Part shown: positions 1 to 11,828 of the stretch, piece by piece
Layout: each line of letters starts with the position of its first letter
Numbering within the stretch: the stretch's first letter is position 1
NCBI GenBank assembly: GCA_973895155.1
Contig: OZ316894.1
Coordinates: 15,120,699 to 15,184,698 of the forward strand
From: Marsupella aquatica
Lineage: Eukaryota > Plantae > Marchantiophyta
Length of the DNA stretch: 64,000 nt
Reading direction: 5' to 3'
Notes under the pieces: generated by a model
Seen by the model: the letters and a program-made list of their open reading frames with translations, nothing else
Database searches by the model: none
Told to the model about the DNA's origin: nothing
Made by a program: the position numbers and the translations under genes

Positions 1-967
1 CCCTCGGCAAGTTACAATGCATGGTCACCCGCAAGAAGTCGATCATCTCTCCTATGTGCGGGTTGGTGCAGGTGTTCCGGAAGAAGCCATTCTTCGTTGA
101 TGGCCCGGGGAACGACCGGAACTCCTTGTCAGGCAAGGTCTTCCTGGTATCAACTTTGGTCTTATTGCCCATCGGCAAGCCAAACACTTCGGCAATCACC
201 TTGGGAGTAAGATAGAAATCCTTCCCATATATCCTCGTGCAATTGGTCTCGGGTTCCCATGACCCCACGAATTCTAATAGGTCTGACTCCGGTACCTCCG
301 GCTTCAGCCATGGTAATCTTACAAAGGCCTCCAAGCCGGATCCGGCCATGAAGCCTTGGTACTTCTTGGTCTGCATGGCCGTAAAGCATGCATCCTCCTC
401 CCGTGCAAAATGTAGTTGCACCTCCACCGGTAGGGTTGCCGCCCAGCCCTTCTAGGTGTCATCCCTGGTTGGAATGGCCTTGATGGGATCGACCTCCTCC
501 TCTTCGGCTTCTCCCTGCCTCCTGCTCTGCTGCTCGGCTGGCTTCTTTGGTGCCGCCGACCTCGTTCTTTTTGCCGGGGTGGCTTCATCGTTGACGGCTC
601 CCTTCCTCTTCATCTCTGCTGCCGTGGAGGTCTCTCCTAGCACCGTTGCCCGGGTCCACCTTTCCGTGCTACCCTTTAATTCCCAGTGTATGTCGTTGCA
701 GTTCTTGATGGCCTCTCGGATGCCGACGACGCTGTCTTTGCAAAACAGAAGATCGTCGAGTTGATTGGAAGTAGGCGTCCACAAGAACTCGTCCTTGATG
801 AGTTCGCCTCCTAAGAAAGCCGTCTTCTGCAGCTCCCACAATCGAGCGAGCTCCTGCCGTTCTCGAGCTGCCCTTTCTGACTCCTCGTCCTCGTAAGTCT
901 TGATGTACTCAGTTGCCCGTTCGAACAGGCATCCCCAGAAATGTGCCGCTTGATTGACGTTGCTCAT
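1..967 (-). pseudogene. LTR-encoded ORF, 3' LTR copy, with a premature TGG>TAG stop at 452-454
   Basis: Same N-terminus (MSNVNQAAHFWG...) as 9300-11828; the stop replaces the Trp in DDTW. Confidence 0.9.
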
Positions 968-1339
968 ACCCTCCTTAGGTTGATCGTCGGTATCTACTCT
1001 CTCCCGAGTGCTTGCCTAAGCAGCTGACAGTAGTTGGCCTCCCGTAGTCGTCTGCCTAGTTCATGCTCGCAAATGAGCCACCATCTCCTGCAAGCGCTCC
1101 TTACCCCTCTCCTCTGCCGGTCCTTCTTCCCGTTGATCCTTCCTAGCCGCCGACGCTTAACGCGCCCTAACCCTAATCGGGTTTTCACCCTCAGCCTTAC
1201 CTCCGGCCTCTGCCTGGGTTCCATGGTTGCCCCTAATTGTTTATATTTTCCTTGTTTTGTCACTATACTAAGGTGTTCCTAGGGTGCCTTCCTGCTTTAC
1301 CCACTTAACCGGCCGAGTGATTCCTGTCTAGGCATCACA
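1..1339 (-). repeat. 3' LTR of family A element (partial)
   Basis: Starts TGTGATGCCTAG at 1339, directly after the PPT. About 4 substitutions relative to the 5' LTR, counted by eye. Confidence 0.95.
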
Positions 1340-4300
1340 TAGCTCCCCACTTAATTGTGAAGCGTCCTCGCGAACAACTTCATCTTCGTCCATATAGTAT
1401 TTCTTGAGGCGGTCATAATGGATGCGAACTGGATATACTTCTCCCGTAATGTTGGCCAATTGCACGGAGCCATTGGGGAACATCATGGTTACTCTAAAGG
1501 GTCCTAACCAGCGAGTGTAAAGCTTTCCTGGAAACCTACTATACCTACTGTCATAAAGTAGCACAAGATCACCGGTATGAATACTAACTACTTTTAACCT
1601 TTTATCATACTGCTGCTTCATGATATTCTGTCTATATTCTACTCTCTCGGCTGAAATCATTCTCGCTTCCTCTAAAGCTTCTAACCTATATTCTCGCTCC
1701 TTTAGGCTCTCCTCCGCTGAGGCTCTTTCCTCAATTGTAACTTGAAATGTCGGTATCTCAAGTTGCATGGGTACCAGGGCTTCTTGTCCAAAGGTTAAGA
1801 AGAAGGGTGTATGACCGGTAGTGGATTTATAGGCCAGATTGTAAGCAAAAACAACAGCAAACAATTTATCATCCCAATCGAGTTTGTTCTGAGCTACTGT
1901 TTTGTTCAATATCTTTCCTATGATTCCGTTTGCTCGTTCTGTCAACCCGTTTGCCTTTGGATGGTAGGGAGTAGTAGGCCTATGTTTAACTAAATACTGC
2001 TCATTTAAACGACTAATTATATCATTCAAAAAATGGGTTCCTCTATCACTAACTAATTCTAGGGGTGCTCCATACCTGGTGAAGATCTGCTCATACATGA
2101 ATCTAGCCGTAGTAATTGCATCATCCTTCGTTGTTGGTCTGGCCTCTACCCATTTAGTTGCATAATCCGTAGCCAGGATTATGTACTTGTTCCGTCGAGG
2201 GTGGGTCAGTGGTTTCAGAGGTCCAATGTAATCAATACCCCACTTCTCGAATGGTGCCAGAGGTAGAATAGGGTGCAGTGGATGCCTGGTGGACGCCCTT
2301 GGTCCTCCCGCTCGTTGACAAGGATCGCATTGTTTGATAAACTGATAGACATCCTTGTGCAAGGTGGGCCACCAGTAACCGGCATTTAATATTTTCTTAG
2401 ACGTGGTTACTGGGGCAAAATGTCCTCCGGCCTCCTCTCCATGCATGGCCCGTAGGACTCGTTTTACCTCTCTCTTTTCCAAACACCTTTGAATCGTGCC
2501 GTTGATTCCATGCTTGTGCAGTATGCCTTTAATGCACTGATACTGTCTGACCTTCCGCACAAAGACTGCGGCTTGCTCTCGGCTTAATCCTGGCTGTAAT
2601 CTGGAAGTGCTGAGAAATTGTAAAATCTCAGGGTACCATGTACCAGCTATTTCCACAACGAATAGCTCCTCGTCGGGGAATCGATCATCGATGCAATCCG
2701 TGGCAGGTTTACCTGTGATCCTTGAAAAGAAGTCGGCATTGGCATGTAACTTTCCCGGCTTGATCCTCAGCTCATAGTCAAACTCCTGTAATAGCAAAAT
2801 CCATCTTGCTACTCTGCCTGTAAGGTCCGGCTTATTGACTAGGTACTTCAAACTTTCATGATCAGTATGAAAGATTACCTTGTACCCTAGTAAATAATGC
2901 CTAAACTTTTTACAAGAATAAATGACTCCTAATGCTTCTCTTTCCGTGGTAGAGTAGTTCCGTTCGGCATCGGCAAGCTGACGGCTTGCGAAGTATATGG
3001 GATGGTCCCTTCCTTTCTCATCCAACTGACTTAGTACTGAGCCAATACAGAAGCCCGAGACATCTACAAAAACATGAAAATCTTTGTTCCAGTCCGGTGC
3101 TATCATGACTGGGGCCTCTACTAACATCTGCTTCAATTCTACCACCGCTGTGACTCGTTCGGGTGTGGGTTCGAAGTCTGCTCCTGCCTTGAGCATATTG
3201 GTTAATGGTAAAGCCAGCTTGGCAAAATCCTTGATGAACCGGCGATAGTAACCAATGCATCCCAAGAAGGATCTTACATCCTTTATGTTCTTAGGTTGCA
3301 TGATATCTAGCCATACTGCTAGCTTACCTTTGTCAATCTCAATGCCCTTCCTTGATACCTTGTGACCTAGTAGCACCCCCTCGGTTACTGCAAAAAAACA
3401 TTTATCTGGGTGTAACTTGAGACCCACCTCCCTACATCTCATGAAGGTTTTCCTGAGGTATTTAGCATGTTTCGATGCCTTCCCGAATACTGCAAAGTCA
3501 TCAATGAAGATTTCCATGAACTTTCTCAAGTAATCATGAAAAATGTTCACCATTAATCGTTGGAACATAGCTGGTGCGTTGCAGAGTCCAAACGGCATAC
3601 GATTGAAGACATAGATCCCCCATTCCGTGATGAAGGCCGTCTTGATTTGGTCTTCCTGCCGAATCCTGATTTGGTTATAACCAGAGTATCCATCCATGAA
3701 TGAATATAGTTCATGACTGGCTACCATGTCTAGTACCATATCAGTAAACGGTAAAGGAAAATGGTCTTTTAATGTTGCTTCATTCAGCTTCCTGTAATCC
3801 TGACAAACCCGGATCTTGGGTTTACCATCGGGTCCAGCTTTCTTGGGAACTATCACAATTGGAGACACCCAGTCTGAATGCAGGACTGGAGTGATGAATC
3901 CAGCTTCCACTAGTTTGTCGATTTCTGTTTTGACCAGCAGGGAGTACTTCGGGTTCATCCTTCGAATTGGTTGTCGAAATGATTTGGCTCCTAACATGAG
4001 ATCAATTCGATGTTCCCCTAGTGTTGGATCTACGCCCTTTAGATCTTGGTGACTCCATGCAAACACATCCTGAAATTCAATCAATAAGTCACTGATCTCT
4101 TTCTCGAGCTCAGGTGCTAGGTTTCTCCCTAAGTTCAGTTCTCTTCCCTCTCCTAAGTCGAGCTTCCGATATTGCCGTGCTTGGATCATATTAATCTGCT
4201 TCTTCAAATTCGGGTCCAGTTCGGCTTCCAGTCTCTCTAATCTCATACCTCCATAAACTGGGATCTCGGCTGGACTAGCCGAGTCGGTCCCTTCCTTGGT

Positions 4301-4594
4301 GTCCATAGATTGTCCCCTTACCGGTCTATTCAGTTTTGAATTAGTGGCCGGCTCCCCTTCCTGCCTTGGCTCTGGATCGTGTCTGTCCATCTCATCCACC
4401 TCTTGCTCCTGCGAGTTAGGCCGCTGTGCTCTCTCGGCTTCTAATAGGGCCTCAATTTGTTCTGCCCTCGTAATCGGCTTGTATGCCGATCCCTTGGTAT
4501 TTAATTTCTTGCCGATGATCGATGGCGTTGTGGACCCCGTCGGCTCTGCCACAACGCCTGCAGAAAATCCACTGTCCCTGCTACTGCTCCCCAC
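1328..4594 (-). CDS. pol: Pol: reverse transcriptase, RNase H, integrase (GPF motif)
   Basis: RVCQDYRKLN, MPFGLCNAPA, FIDD, DVSGFCIGSVL, YSTTEREAL; integrase H-H-C-C zinc finger, WGIDYIGP, SDRG, NGLTER, WLGPFRV. Not in frame with gag-PR. Confidence 0.95.
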   Translation of the reverse strand: MGSSSRDSGFSAGVVAEPTGSTTPSIIGKKLNTKGSAYKPITRAEQIEALLEAERAQRPNSQEQEVDEMDRHDPEPRQEGEPATNSKLNRPVRGQSMDTKEGTDSASPAEIPVYGGMRLERLEAELDPNLKKQINMIQARQYRKLDLGEGRELNLGRNLAPELEKEISDLLIEFQDVFAWSHQDLKGVDPTLGEHRIDLMLGAKSFRQPIRRMNPKYSLLVKTEIDKLVEAGFITPVLHSDWVSPIVIVPKKAGPDGKPKIRVCQDYRKLNEATLKDHFPLPFTDMVLDMVASHELYSFMDGYSGYNQIRIRQEDQIKTAFITEWGIYVFNRMPFGLCNAPAMFQRLMVNIFHDYLRKFMEIFIDDFAVFGKASKHAKYLRKTFMRCREVGLKLHPDKCFFAVTEGVLLGHKVSRKGIEIDKGKLAVWLDIMQPKNIKDVRSFLGCIGYYRRFIKDFAKLALPLTNMLKAGADFEPTPERVTAVVELKQMLVEAPVMIAPDWNKDFHVFVDVSGFCIGSVLSQLDEKGRDHPIYFASRQLADAERNYSTTEREALGVIYSCKKFRHYLLGYKVIFHTDHESLKYLVNKPDLTGRVARWILLLQEFDYELRIKPGKLHANADFFSRITGKPATDCIDDRFPDEELFVVEIAGTWYPEILQFLSTSRLQPGLSREQAAVFVRKVRQYQCIKGILHKHGINGTIQRCLEKREVKRVLRAMHGEEAGGHFAPVTTSKKILNAGYWWPTLHKDVYQFIKQCDPCQRAGGPRASTRHPLHPILPLAPFEKWGIDYIGPLKPLTHPRRNKYIILATDYATKWVEARPTTKDDAITTARFMYEQIFTRYGAPLELVSDRGTHFLNDIISRLNEQYLVKHRPTTPYHPKANGLTERANGIIGKILNKTVAQNKLDWDDKLFAVVFAYNLAYKSTTGHTPFFLTFGQEALVPMQLEIPTFQVTIEERASAEESLKEREYRLEALEEARMISAERVEYRQNIMKQQYDKRLKVVSIHTGDLVLLYDSRYSRFPGKLYTRWLGPFRVTMMFPNGSVQLANITGEVYPVRIHYDRLKKYYMDEDEVVREDASQLSGELCDA
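1340..1353 (-). promoter_or_regulatory. Polypurine tract
   Basis: Minus strand TAAGTGGGGAGCTA immediately upstream of the 3' LTR TG. Confidence 0.75.
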
Positions 4595-4661
4595 TTAGCC
4601 GTTTCATCCAATTGGTCTACATCCTTAACTTCCTCCGGAATTGCAGCTAAAAAGGTGGATT

Positions 4662-7493
4662 CTATTGTAAAGCAGTCCTCGACCTCTTCGTCTTCTTCTT
4701 CCAAGTCACCTTCCGTTGGTTCTTGCCATAATCCGCTGGGGGTACCTCTGGTCCAAAGACACCTTCTTCGGTTAGGTTAGTGAAGCATTCTAACCAACGT
4801 ACTTCATCGGCTGACTCCAGTCCACTATCGTACCCATCTACTTCCCTTATGCTTTTCCTACGGTCATCCTTAGTGTCCCAGGATACCGTGATAGAGGGGG
4901 TCCCGAAAGTGAACTGCTTTTTACCCCAATCTTCTATTACCTCGGCTAGGTACAGCCATGGCCTACCAATCAATAGCCGGAATGACGTAGGATTTACCGG
5001 CTTCATTACTACATAGTTAATGCTAAAGAAGATACCTCCTATCTCTGTCTTGATGCCGGTTAACACTCCCGTCGGAATGACCTGATATCCATTGGCCATG
5101 TTCAACACTCTTCCAGTCATCTCCGGTGTTAGACCCCACCTTCTTGCTGTTGAATCAATCATAATACATACCCCTGATCCTCCATCGATGGGTACCCGTA
5201 GTAATAATTCTCCTTGAATCATTAATGGTAATGCTGGGGCTCCTTGATCTTCTTCTATCATTAGTACGTCGGATCTGGTTGCTACCTTGGGTAATCTCGG
5301 CTTGCCGAGAATAGCCTTCCTTAATTGCTTCCGGAAGTACGGGCTATTTTTCAATAGTTGACCTACTGTTGCCGAGACTCTAGATTCTAGTACATCTTTA
5401 GCCAGGTCATAGGGAACAATCGGCTTCTCTTCTGGTGGTGTTTCCGTCTTGGATTCGGCCAGTTTTGCCACGCTAGTCTCCACAGCTGTTGGGTCTTCCG
5501 AAGCAAACAATGCTTTTGCTCGTTTTACATCCTTGGCAATGGCTTCGGTATTCTCCAGGGTTTCTAATTCTCTTAGTTGTTCCTTAACACTAGCCGTAAC
5601 AGAGGGGTAGAACAACTTAGGATGATCTCGATTGAAGTCGCTATCTTGTGAAGGATTGGTTTCACTGGTGGGCTCATGGCTTACCTGTATTGCCGGAGCC
5701 CTCCCTTCTCCTTCTGTTGATGTTGACGAAGAGTCGATCCTTTCCTCCGTAACCTTCCCTTTATTTTTGGCCAGCCCATCCCACCTTTCCTTCCTTCTGG
5801 TAGATCGAGTAGAGACCCGGTAGCAATCATGATCTAAATCCTCCTCTGAGAAGGTTGATAGGGCTTCGGCCTCATCATCAGATGGTACGAACTCTGCCTC
5901 GGCATCCTCTTGCCATCCTAGTTTGATGTGGTTGATTTGAACTCCTCCGGGGGTAGTACCTGGCGGTAAGATCTTGATCGGCAAAAGCTTATGATTTGCG
6001 GCCAGGCCTGCCAACCAAGTAGGACATTGCCCTAGCATATGACCTTCCTGTCGGCATCCCATACATAGCTGAGCTGGTTGTCCATCACCCTGTTTGCGTG
6101 CATTCGGGCATTCTCTAGCAAAATGGCCAGGTTGACCACAATTATAGCACGCCGCAAATCTTTGCACATTCGGCCTAGGAGGTACTGACGGGTTCTGAAT
6201 AATCCGAGGATACATCTCTCCTGGATTGTTCCTTAATCCTGACCACAGAGATGCAGGTCTGTTGGATAGGTCTCGTGCTCCACTCTCACTGATGCCGAAA
6301 ACACTATCAGCGGCATCTCCCAAAAAGTACTCTACTTCTCCCTGACATGGTCTGATCTCGGCCACATGCCGAACATGATTAGTATTAAGCTTAGGACAAG
6401 CATCTTTATGGTGTCCGGTTTTATAACATAAGGCACACCATACAGAGCTATCCTCCTGTACTACCTTCTTCTTTGGTTTTACCTCTGCAATGATAGCCTT
6501 AAGTTGCTCGGTAAGGGCTACGATGTTATCTGGTGGCTTAGCCTCCATCTTGACTTTCGTCTTCCCTCTCCTTCTGCCCTTCCTTTTCCTAGTTTTTTCT
6601 TCTTCAGAACTAGAAGATGACTCACTCTTGCTACTCCCACTATCCGAGCTTGACCTATCACTTCTAGACTTCTTGGAATGTTTCTTCTTCTTATCTTTTT
6701 TCTTATGGGGTGATCCCTCCTCTGATGAGGAACTCTCAGACTTAAGCTGTTTCTTCCGGCTTGTGATATCTGCATTAATGTATAATTGAATATCCTTAAT
6801 TGCTTCGGCTAAGGTCTCCGGGTTCTCCTTCCTAATTGCAAAACTCATCTTCTGTGGCAAAGCATTCACCAACCATTGAAGTTGCATACCTTCAGATGCA
6901 TTGGTCTTTGTACGTCTTACCAATTTCTGAAAGCGTTGCAAGAACTTCCTGAAGGATTTGTTCTCCTTGAACCGAAGTTGTCCCAACTTCAGTACTGCTA
7001 GTTCTGAAGTTCCAATGGGTCGAAACTCCTTAACAAAGAGTGTTTTGAAGATATCCCAGATGGCTTGATCTTCCACATCTAATGCTCTGTACCAAGGCCT
7101 AGCCTCACCCTTGAACAGGTCGGGAAGAATCTGCATCTTGATGGCCGATTCTCCATTTGCTGCAGCGGTTCCCTCGAAATCATCCAACCATTCGTCCGGA
7201 TCCTCATCTCCTCTCCCATGAAATGCCTTGTAATGTATGCGCGACCGCTGGCTCAATCTGGTCCCTGGCCTCTCGTCTGGCCGTGCCTCTGGTTCCCCCA
7301 TGTCGGTTGGAGACTCACTTCTCCTTACCGACTCTTCTTCTGGTATGTCTTCTTCGACGCCACTTCCAGTTTCGGAGCTACCAGCTCTTTCTGCCCCTCT
7401 CAGTCGCTGTGTATCATGCCACCCGGCGAGCTGCTGCAGTCGAGCTCTCTCCCGTTGAATCACTCTTTCTTCCCTCGGCGTAAGGTCAGTCAT
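4662..7493 (-). CDS. gag: Gag (three CCHC knuckles) plus aspartic protease
   Basis: Capsid-like FHGRGDEDPDEWL; knuckles CALCYKTGHHKDAC, CYNCGQPGHFAREC, CMGCRQEGHMLGQC; protease IDGGSG...LLIGRPWL. Confidence 0.92.
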   Translation of the reverse strand: MTDLTPREERVIQRERARLQQLAGWHDTQRLRGAERAGSSETGSGVEEDIPEEESVRRSESPTDMGEPEARPDERPGTRLSQRSRIHYKAFHGRGDEDPDEWLDDFEGTAAANGESAIKMQILPDLFKGEARPWYRALDVEDQAIWDIFKTLFVKEFRPIGTSELAVLKLGQLRFKENKSFRKFLQRFQKLVRRTKTNASEGMQLQWLVNALPQKMSFAIRKENPETLAEAIKDIQLYINADITSRKKQLKSESSSSEEGSPHKKKDKKKKHSKKSRSDRSSSDSGSSKSESSSSSEEEKTRKRKGRRRGKTKVKMEAKPPDNIVALTEQLKAIIAEVKPKKKVVQEDSSVWCALCYKTGHHKDACPKLNTNHVRHVAEIRPCQGEVEYFLGDAADSVFGISESGARDLSNRPASLWSGLRNNPGEMYPRIIQNPSVPPRPNVQRFAACYNCGQPGHFARECPNARKQGDGQPAQLCMGCRQEGHMLGQCPTWLAGLAANHKLLPIKILPPGTTPGGVQINHIKLGWQEDAEAEFVPSDDEAEALSTFSEEDLDHDCYRVSTRSTRRKERWDGLAKNKGKVTEERIDSSSTSTEGEGRAPAIQVSHEPTSETNPSQDSDFNRDHPKLFYPSVTASVKEQLRELETLENTEAIAKDVKRAKALFASEDPTAVETSVAKLAESKTETPPEEKPIVPYDLAKDVLESRVSATVGQLLKNSPYFRKQLRKAILGKPRLPKVATRSDVLMIEEDQGAPALPLMIQGELLLRVPIDGGSGVCIMIDSTARRWGLTPEMTGRVLNMANGYQVIPTGVLTGIKTEIGGIFFSINYVVMKPVNPTSFRLLIGRPWLYLAEVIEDWGKKQFTFGTPSITVSWDTKDDRRKSIREVDGYDSGLESADEVRWLECFTNLTEEGVFGPEVPPADYGKNQRKVTWKKKTKRSRTALQ

Positions 7494-7539
7494 TACCTAC
7501 GCTTCCGTTCTAACTTCATATCTCACGGCTTAAGAAATG

Positions 7540-7558
7540 CCCCCTCCATCTAGCGCCA
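7540..7558 (-). promoter_or_regulatory. Primer binding site, probably tRNA-Asn
   Basis: Minus strand TGGCGCTAGATGGAGGGG a few nt after the 5' LTR end. It matches the plant tRNA-Asn(GUU) 3' end as I recall it, with one mismatch. Confidence 0.75.
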
Positions 7559-8483
7559 AAAATGTGGTGCGTCCCATGGCTCCCTAACCCCAAGAAACCC
7601 CCCAGCTCAAGCCGATTCCCGCAGGTTTCATGCTTGGCGAGGCCGTTTCCGCGGCTTAGCGGCATGGGACGCTGCTAACCTTCTACTACTACTATTAACA
7701 TTTTACACACATATACTGGACAGATCCTTCATCGGGTCATGAGATACGTAGCCGGCCTAATATAGGCCTTCCCTTGTCTTCCCCTGTCTTCCCCTCCGTC
7801 TTGTTAGGTATGTTTGGATTCCGCCGCCGGAATGATCCCCAATAGGCTTGGTTAAGCCGCTAAGACCTCTCTCAGCTCGACACATCCAACTCTCACTCCC
7901 CTGCTTACTTTCCTTCCTTCTGTTGATGTGGGCACTCTTCACACAAGTTAATGCGACACACAAATAGCAAATTGACTCATTCTGACTGAGTCATACCATG
8001 CACTTGCCATACAAACAGTACATCTCATACACAAGTTCTGCGAACTAAGCCGTGAGGCCAACTCTATTCAGCTCTTAGGCATGAGGAAACATGAATATAC
8101 ACAAGGGTCATTGTATGACTAACCGAGAGCTTCTCGTACTACTTGATCCCAGCCCGGCTGGTGCAAACTAAAAACTTGCTAAAGAAGAGGCCCTGAGCTC
8201 CCCGCTGCCCAGGTACTTATCCTGGTAGTGGATCCGCCATTCTTTGCATCGTAAGCCTAATCTACTTAACAGTAATCTACTTGCCCGAATCTACCTATGT
8301 ACAGCAAGGCAGGAGCACAAGTGTTGCTCCTACCAGTGGGACCGCAATCCCACTAAGCTAAGTGTCAGGGCCGCTCCTGGTTCTGATCCTAATCCTAAAC
8401 GTGGAGATCCGTGCCCGCCCTGCCCACTCACGCCTCCTCCCTCCACGTCCGCCCTCCCTAAAAGGAACGGCACCCTTGCACCG

Positions 8484-11400
8484 TCACGACACCGGTGGTG
8501 GATCCTCAATGGACGCCCCCAATACTTCCTCCTCAGCCACTGCCGTTGGCCCGCCTACTGACAGATTACCTGCCCTTGACCGAGTCAACTCTCCATCGGC
8601 CTGACTGGGTCCACCTTCGGCTTCGGCCTCGACACCGGCCTCGGTAATACCCACGGCTTCGGCTTCAGCCACTCCCACGGCTTCGGCCTCCCCTTCCCCT
8701 AGGGTAGTTGGATCCTTAGCCGTGACCCTGTCTGGGGTCGGTGCTGGGTCTACCTCCTTGATCACCACGGCCTGTGAAGTCGTATTACTCCTTGACCCTG
8801 AAGGTTTCCGCTTCTTCTTCGTTGGTGGCTCGGCAGCTGGTCCCTTCCCCTTCCCACTTACCTCCGGCACTGGTGCAGGTGGCGCGGCTTGTCCTTCGGC
8901 AATTACCACCCCTGGTAACTGGTTTGTCCCAACAGGAGATGGACCTGCTACAGCTAAGCATTTAAATACTGCGGCTTGTTTCTTCAGCCACTCTGTTTGG
9001 TTGTCGGCCCGCCGCTGTAGGTTCTCCATCTTCCTCGTGATTTCCTCCAACTCCTCTTGGGTTTCATCCAGGTCCTTACGTGCCCCCTCCAGCTCGTTTT
9101 TGGCCTCCTCCTGCTCCCTGTGGGCTTCCTCCAATTCCTTCTTCAAGGTAGCCCTCTCCTCCTGGGTTGCTCTTAGCTCCTTGTCGAGCTCTGCAATGAT
9201 GACAGACTCCATCTGGTTCATCTTGGCGTAAGTCTGTTCGAGCATCTCGTCCTTCTCCCTTAGGTCGGCCTTGAAGCTGGCCGTCAGGGACGCAAGCTCC
9301 TACTGCAGCGCCATAATCCCTTGATAGGATTTCCCTAACTCGACCTCCTTCTGCTCAAGGGCTCCGCGGATTTTCTCGAGCTCCCCTTTCAACGCCCATT
9401 CCTTTCTTTGGGTCTCCGCCATGGCCCGGCTGTTGGCTGTTATGTGGGCCTCCTCTGTATTCTTTAGCTCTTGCTTCCACTTTTCCCTTTCTTTGATCGT
9501 GTCGGCCAACTCTTCCTGCGTCTGAGTCAGTTTATCCTTGATATTCTGATTATCAGCCTGCGCGGCGTCCAACTGCCCCTGCATGATGTTCAGCTCATGT
9601 CGTTTAATCCGCAGTTCATCTTGGGCTTTCTTGGCCGCCCTTAGATCTTCAATCTCGGCTTCCATCCTCCTAAGCCGCCGAATGACCTCGTCCTTCTTGC
9701 TTCTCTCTAAAGCCACCGCTTCTTCTAATTGGTGCTTCTCCAACTGCTCCCTATGGAAAAAGGGTCCTACCTCCAACTCCTCTCCAAAGATGCCGAGCGC
9801 AAGTTCCCCACACATCTCACCATACTCCATGGCTCTATTCTTAGCGTAGGTGGAGTAAGTAGAAGTGATCGGCATCGCCCATCGTGGCCTCTGCTCCCAA
9901 GCCGTCCTGCGGATCTCTTCAATCGTGGCTAGAGGTTTGCTTCCTTTTTCGGCTAGCCGCCTGATGTCCTCCGGCCAATCTCCTCCTGGTAAATCCTTTT
10001 CCTTAGCCAGGGCGGCCTCTTCCTCTTGCTTGATTCGCTCCTGAAATTCCTGCACCGTCTGTTTTATGCCGTCGAAGCTCGGGGGAGCAACATCTGGTGG
10101 GGGAGACTCAGGGCTACTCTGCTGGTTGGGGTCCCCTCGCACTACCCTTGGAAGTGTGGGGACAAACCGGCCACAGGTCCTTACTCCTGGAACGTAATGG
10201 TCCGACCCATAGCCGGAATTATCATGGCTGCAGTCCTCCACTGCCTCCTCTACCTCTTGGATTTCCGGCTTCTCCCTCTCCTCTTCCTCGGTAGGAGCTT
10301 CAGGCAATTCTGCCTCAGATTCGGAGCTTGAGGTTCCCACGTACATTCGAACACCTGGCTTGGATTCCGGCCTGATTCTCTCCTTGTCTCCAGCAAAGGG
10401 GTTTTCTCTTGTGAGCCGGTGTAGGCCTACCTCTGTAGTAGTGTCCTGCATTGTTGCCGTTGCCGTTGTTGTTGTTGCCGATGCCGATTTCTTTTCTTTC
10501 TCCAGTAGTTTCAGCAGACTCTGCATGCCTGGTTGCTGCATCGGCAAGTCTTCCTTCCTGGGCCTAAACACCTGCTCGATCGTAGGACTAACAGGTGGTT
10601 GAGGCTTCTCAGCCAACGGCCTCGGCGTTGGAGCTTCCTCGGGTGCCCTTACCTGCAGGGGAAGTACCGGGGCAAAAGTCTGACCTCTGGCATACCGGCA
10701 CAACAGTGGCATGTGATAGCCAAGCCGCGACACGCTCCCCATGCCGATTACCTGCTGCTCCTCCTTTAAGATCTTCTTCAATTGGTTGAGGAGGTACCCG
10801 TTGTAGTCCCGGCTTGGGTCTGGCCTTTCTGCCAGATAGACCTGTGCTTTGCCGATCTTTGCCCTCGGCAAGTTACAATGCATGGTCACCCGCAAGAAGT
10901 CGATCATCTCTCCTATGTGCGGGTTGGTGCAGGTGTTCCGGAAGAAGCCATTCTTCGTTGATGGCCCGGGGAACGACCGGAACTCCTTGTCAGGCAAGGT
11001 CTTCCTGGTATCAACTTTGGTCTTATTGCCCATCGGCAAGCCAAACACTTCGGCAATCACCTTGGGAGTAAGATAGAAATCCTTCCCATATATCCTCGTG
11101 CAATTGGTCTCGGGTTCCCATGACCCCACGAATTCTAATAGGTCTGACTCCGGTACCTCCGGCTTCAGCCATGGTAATCTTACAAAGGCCTCCAAGCCGG
11201 ATCCGGCCATGAAGCCTTGGTACTTCTTGGTCTGCATGGCCGTAAAGCATGCATCCTCCTCCCGTGCAAAATGTAGTTGCACCTCCACCGGTAGGGTTGC
11301 CGCCCAGCCCTTCCAGGTGTCATCCCTGGTTGGAATGGCCTTGATGGGATCGACCTCCTCCTCTTCGGCTTCTCCCTGCCTCCTGCTCTGCTGCTCGGCT

Positions 11401-11828
11401 GGCTTCTTTGGTGCCGCCGACCTCGTTCTTTTTGCCGGGGTGGCTTCATCGTTGACGGCTCCCTTCCTCTTCATCTCTGCTGCCGTGGAGGTCTCTCCTA
11501 GCACCGTTGCCCGGGTCCACCTTTCCGTGCTACCCTTTAATTCCCAGTGTATGTCGTTGCAGTTCTTGATGGCCTCTCGGATGCCGACGACGCTGTCTTT
11601 GCAAAACAGAAGATCGTCGAGTTGATTGGAAGTAGGCGTCCACAGGAACTCGTCCTTGATGAGTTCGCCTCCTAAGAAAGCCGTCTTCTGCAGCTCCCAC
11701 AATCGAGCGAGCTCCTGCCGTTCTCGAGCTGCCCTTTCTGACTCCTCGTCCTCGTAAGTCTTGATGTACTCAGTTGCCCGTTCGAACAGGCATCCCCAGA
11801 AATGTGCCGCTTGATTGACGTTGCTCAT
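8484..11828 (-). CDS. LTR-encoded ~1,114-aa protein: plant retrotransposon extra-ORF-like N-terminal domain plus long coiled coil; one in-frame stop at 9300-9302
   Basis: ORFs 9300-11828 and 8484-9245 share a frame. The intervening TAG is CAG in the copies near 45.5 kb and 52.7 kb. Motif LEAFVRLPW...EFVGSW...LTPKVIAEVFGLP, E/K-rich heptad region, KKKRK basic patch. Confidence 0.85.

Noticed and set aside
8484-11828. Calling the LTR ORF an envelope gene or an SMC/myosin host gene
   Set aside because: No signal peptide or TM segment seen; the coiled-coil similarity is non-specific; the ORF is confined to LTR copies.
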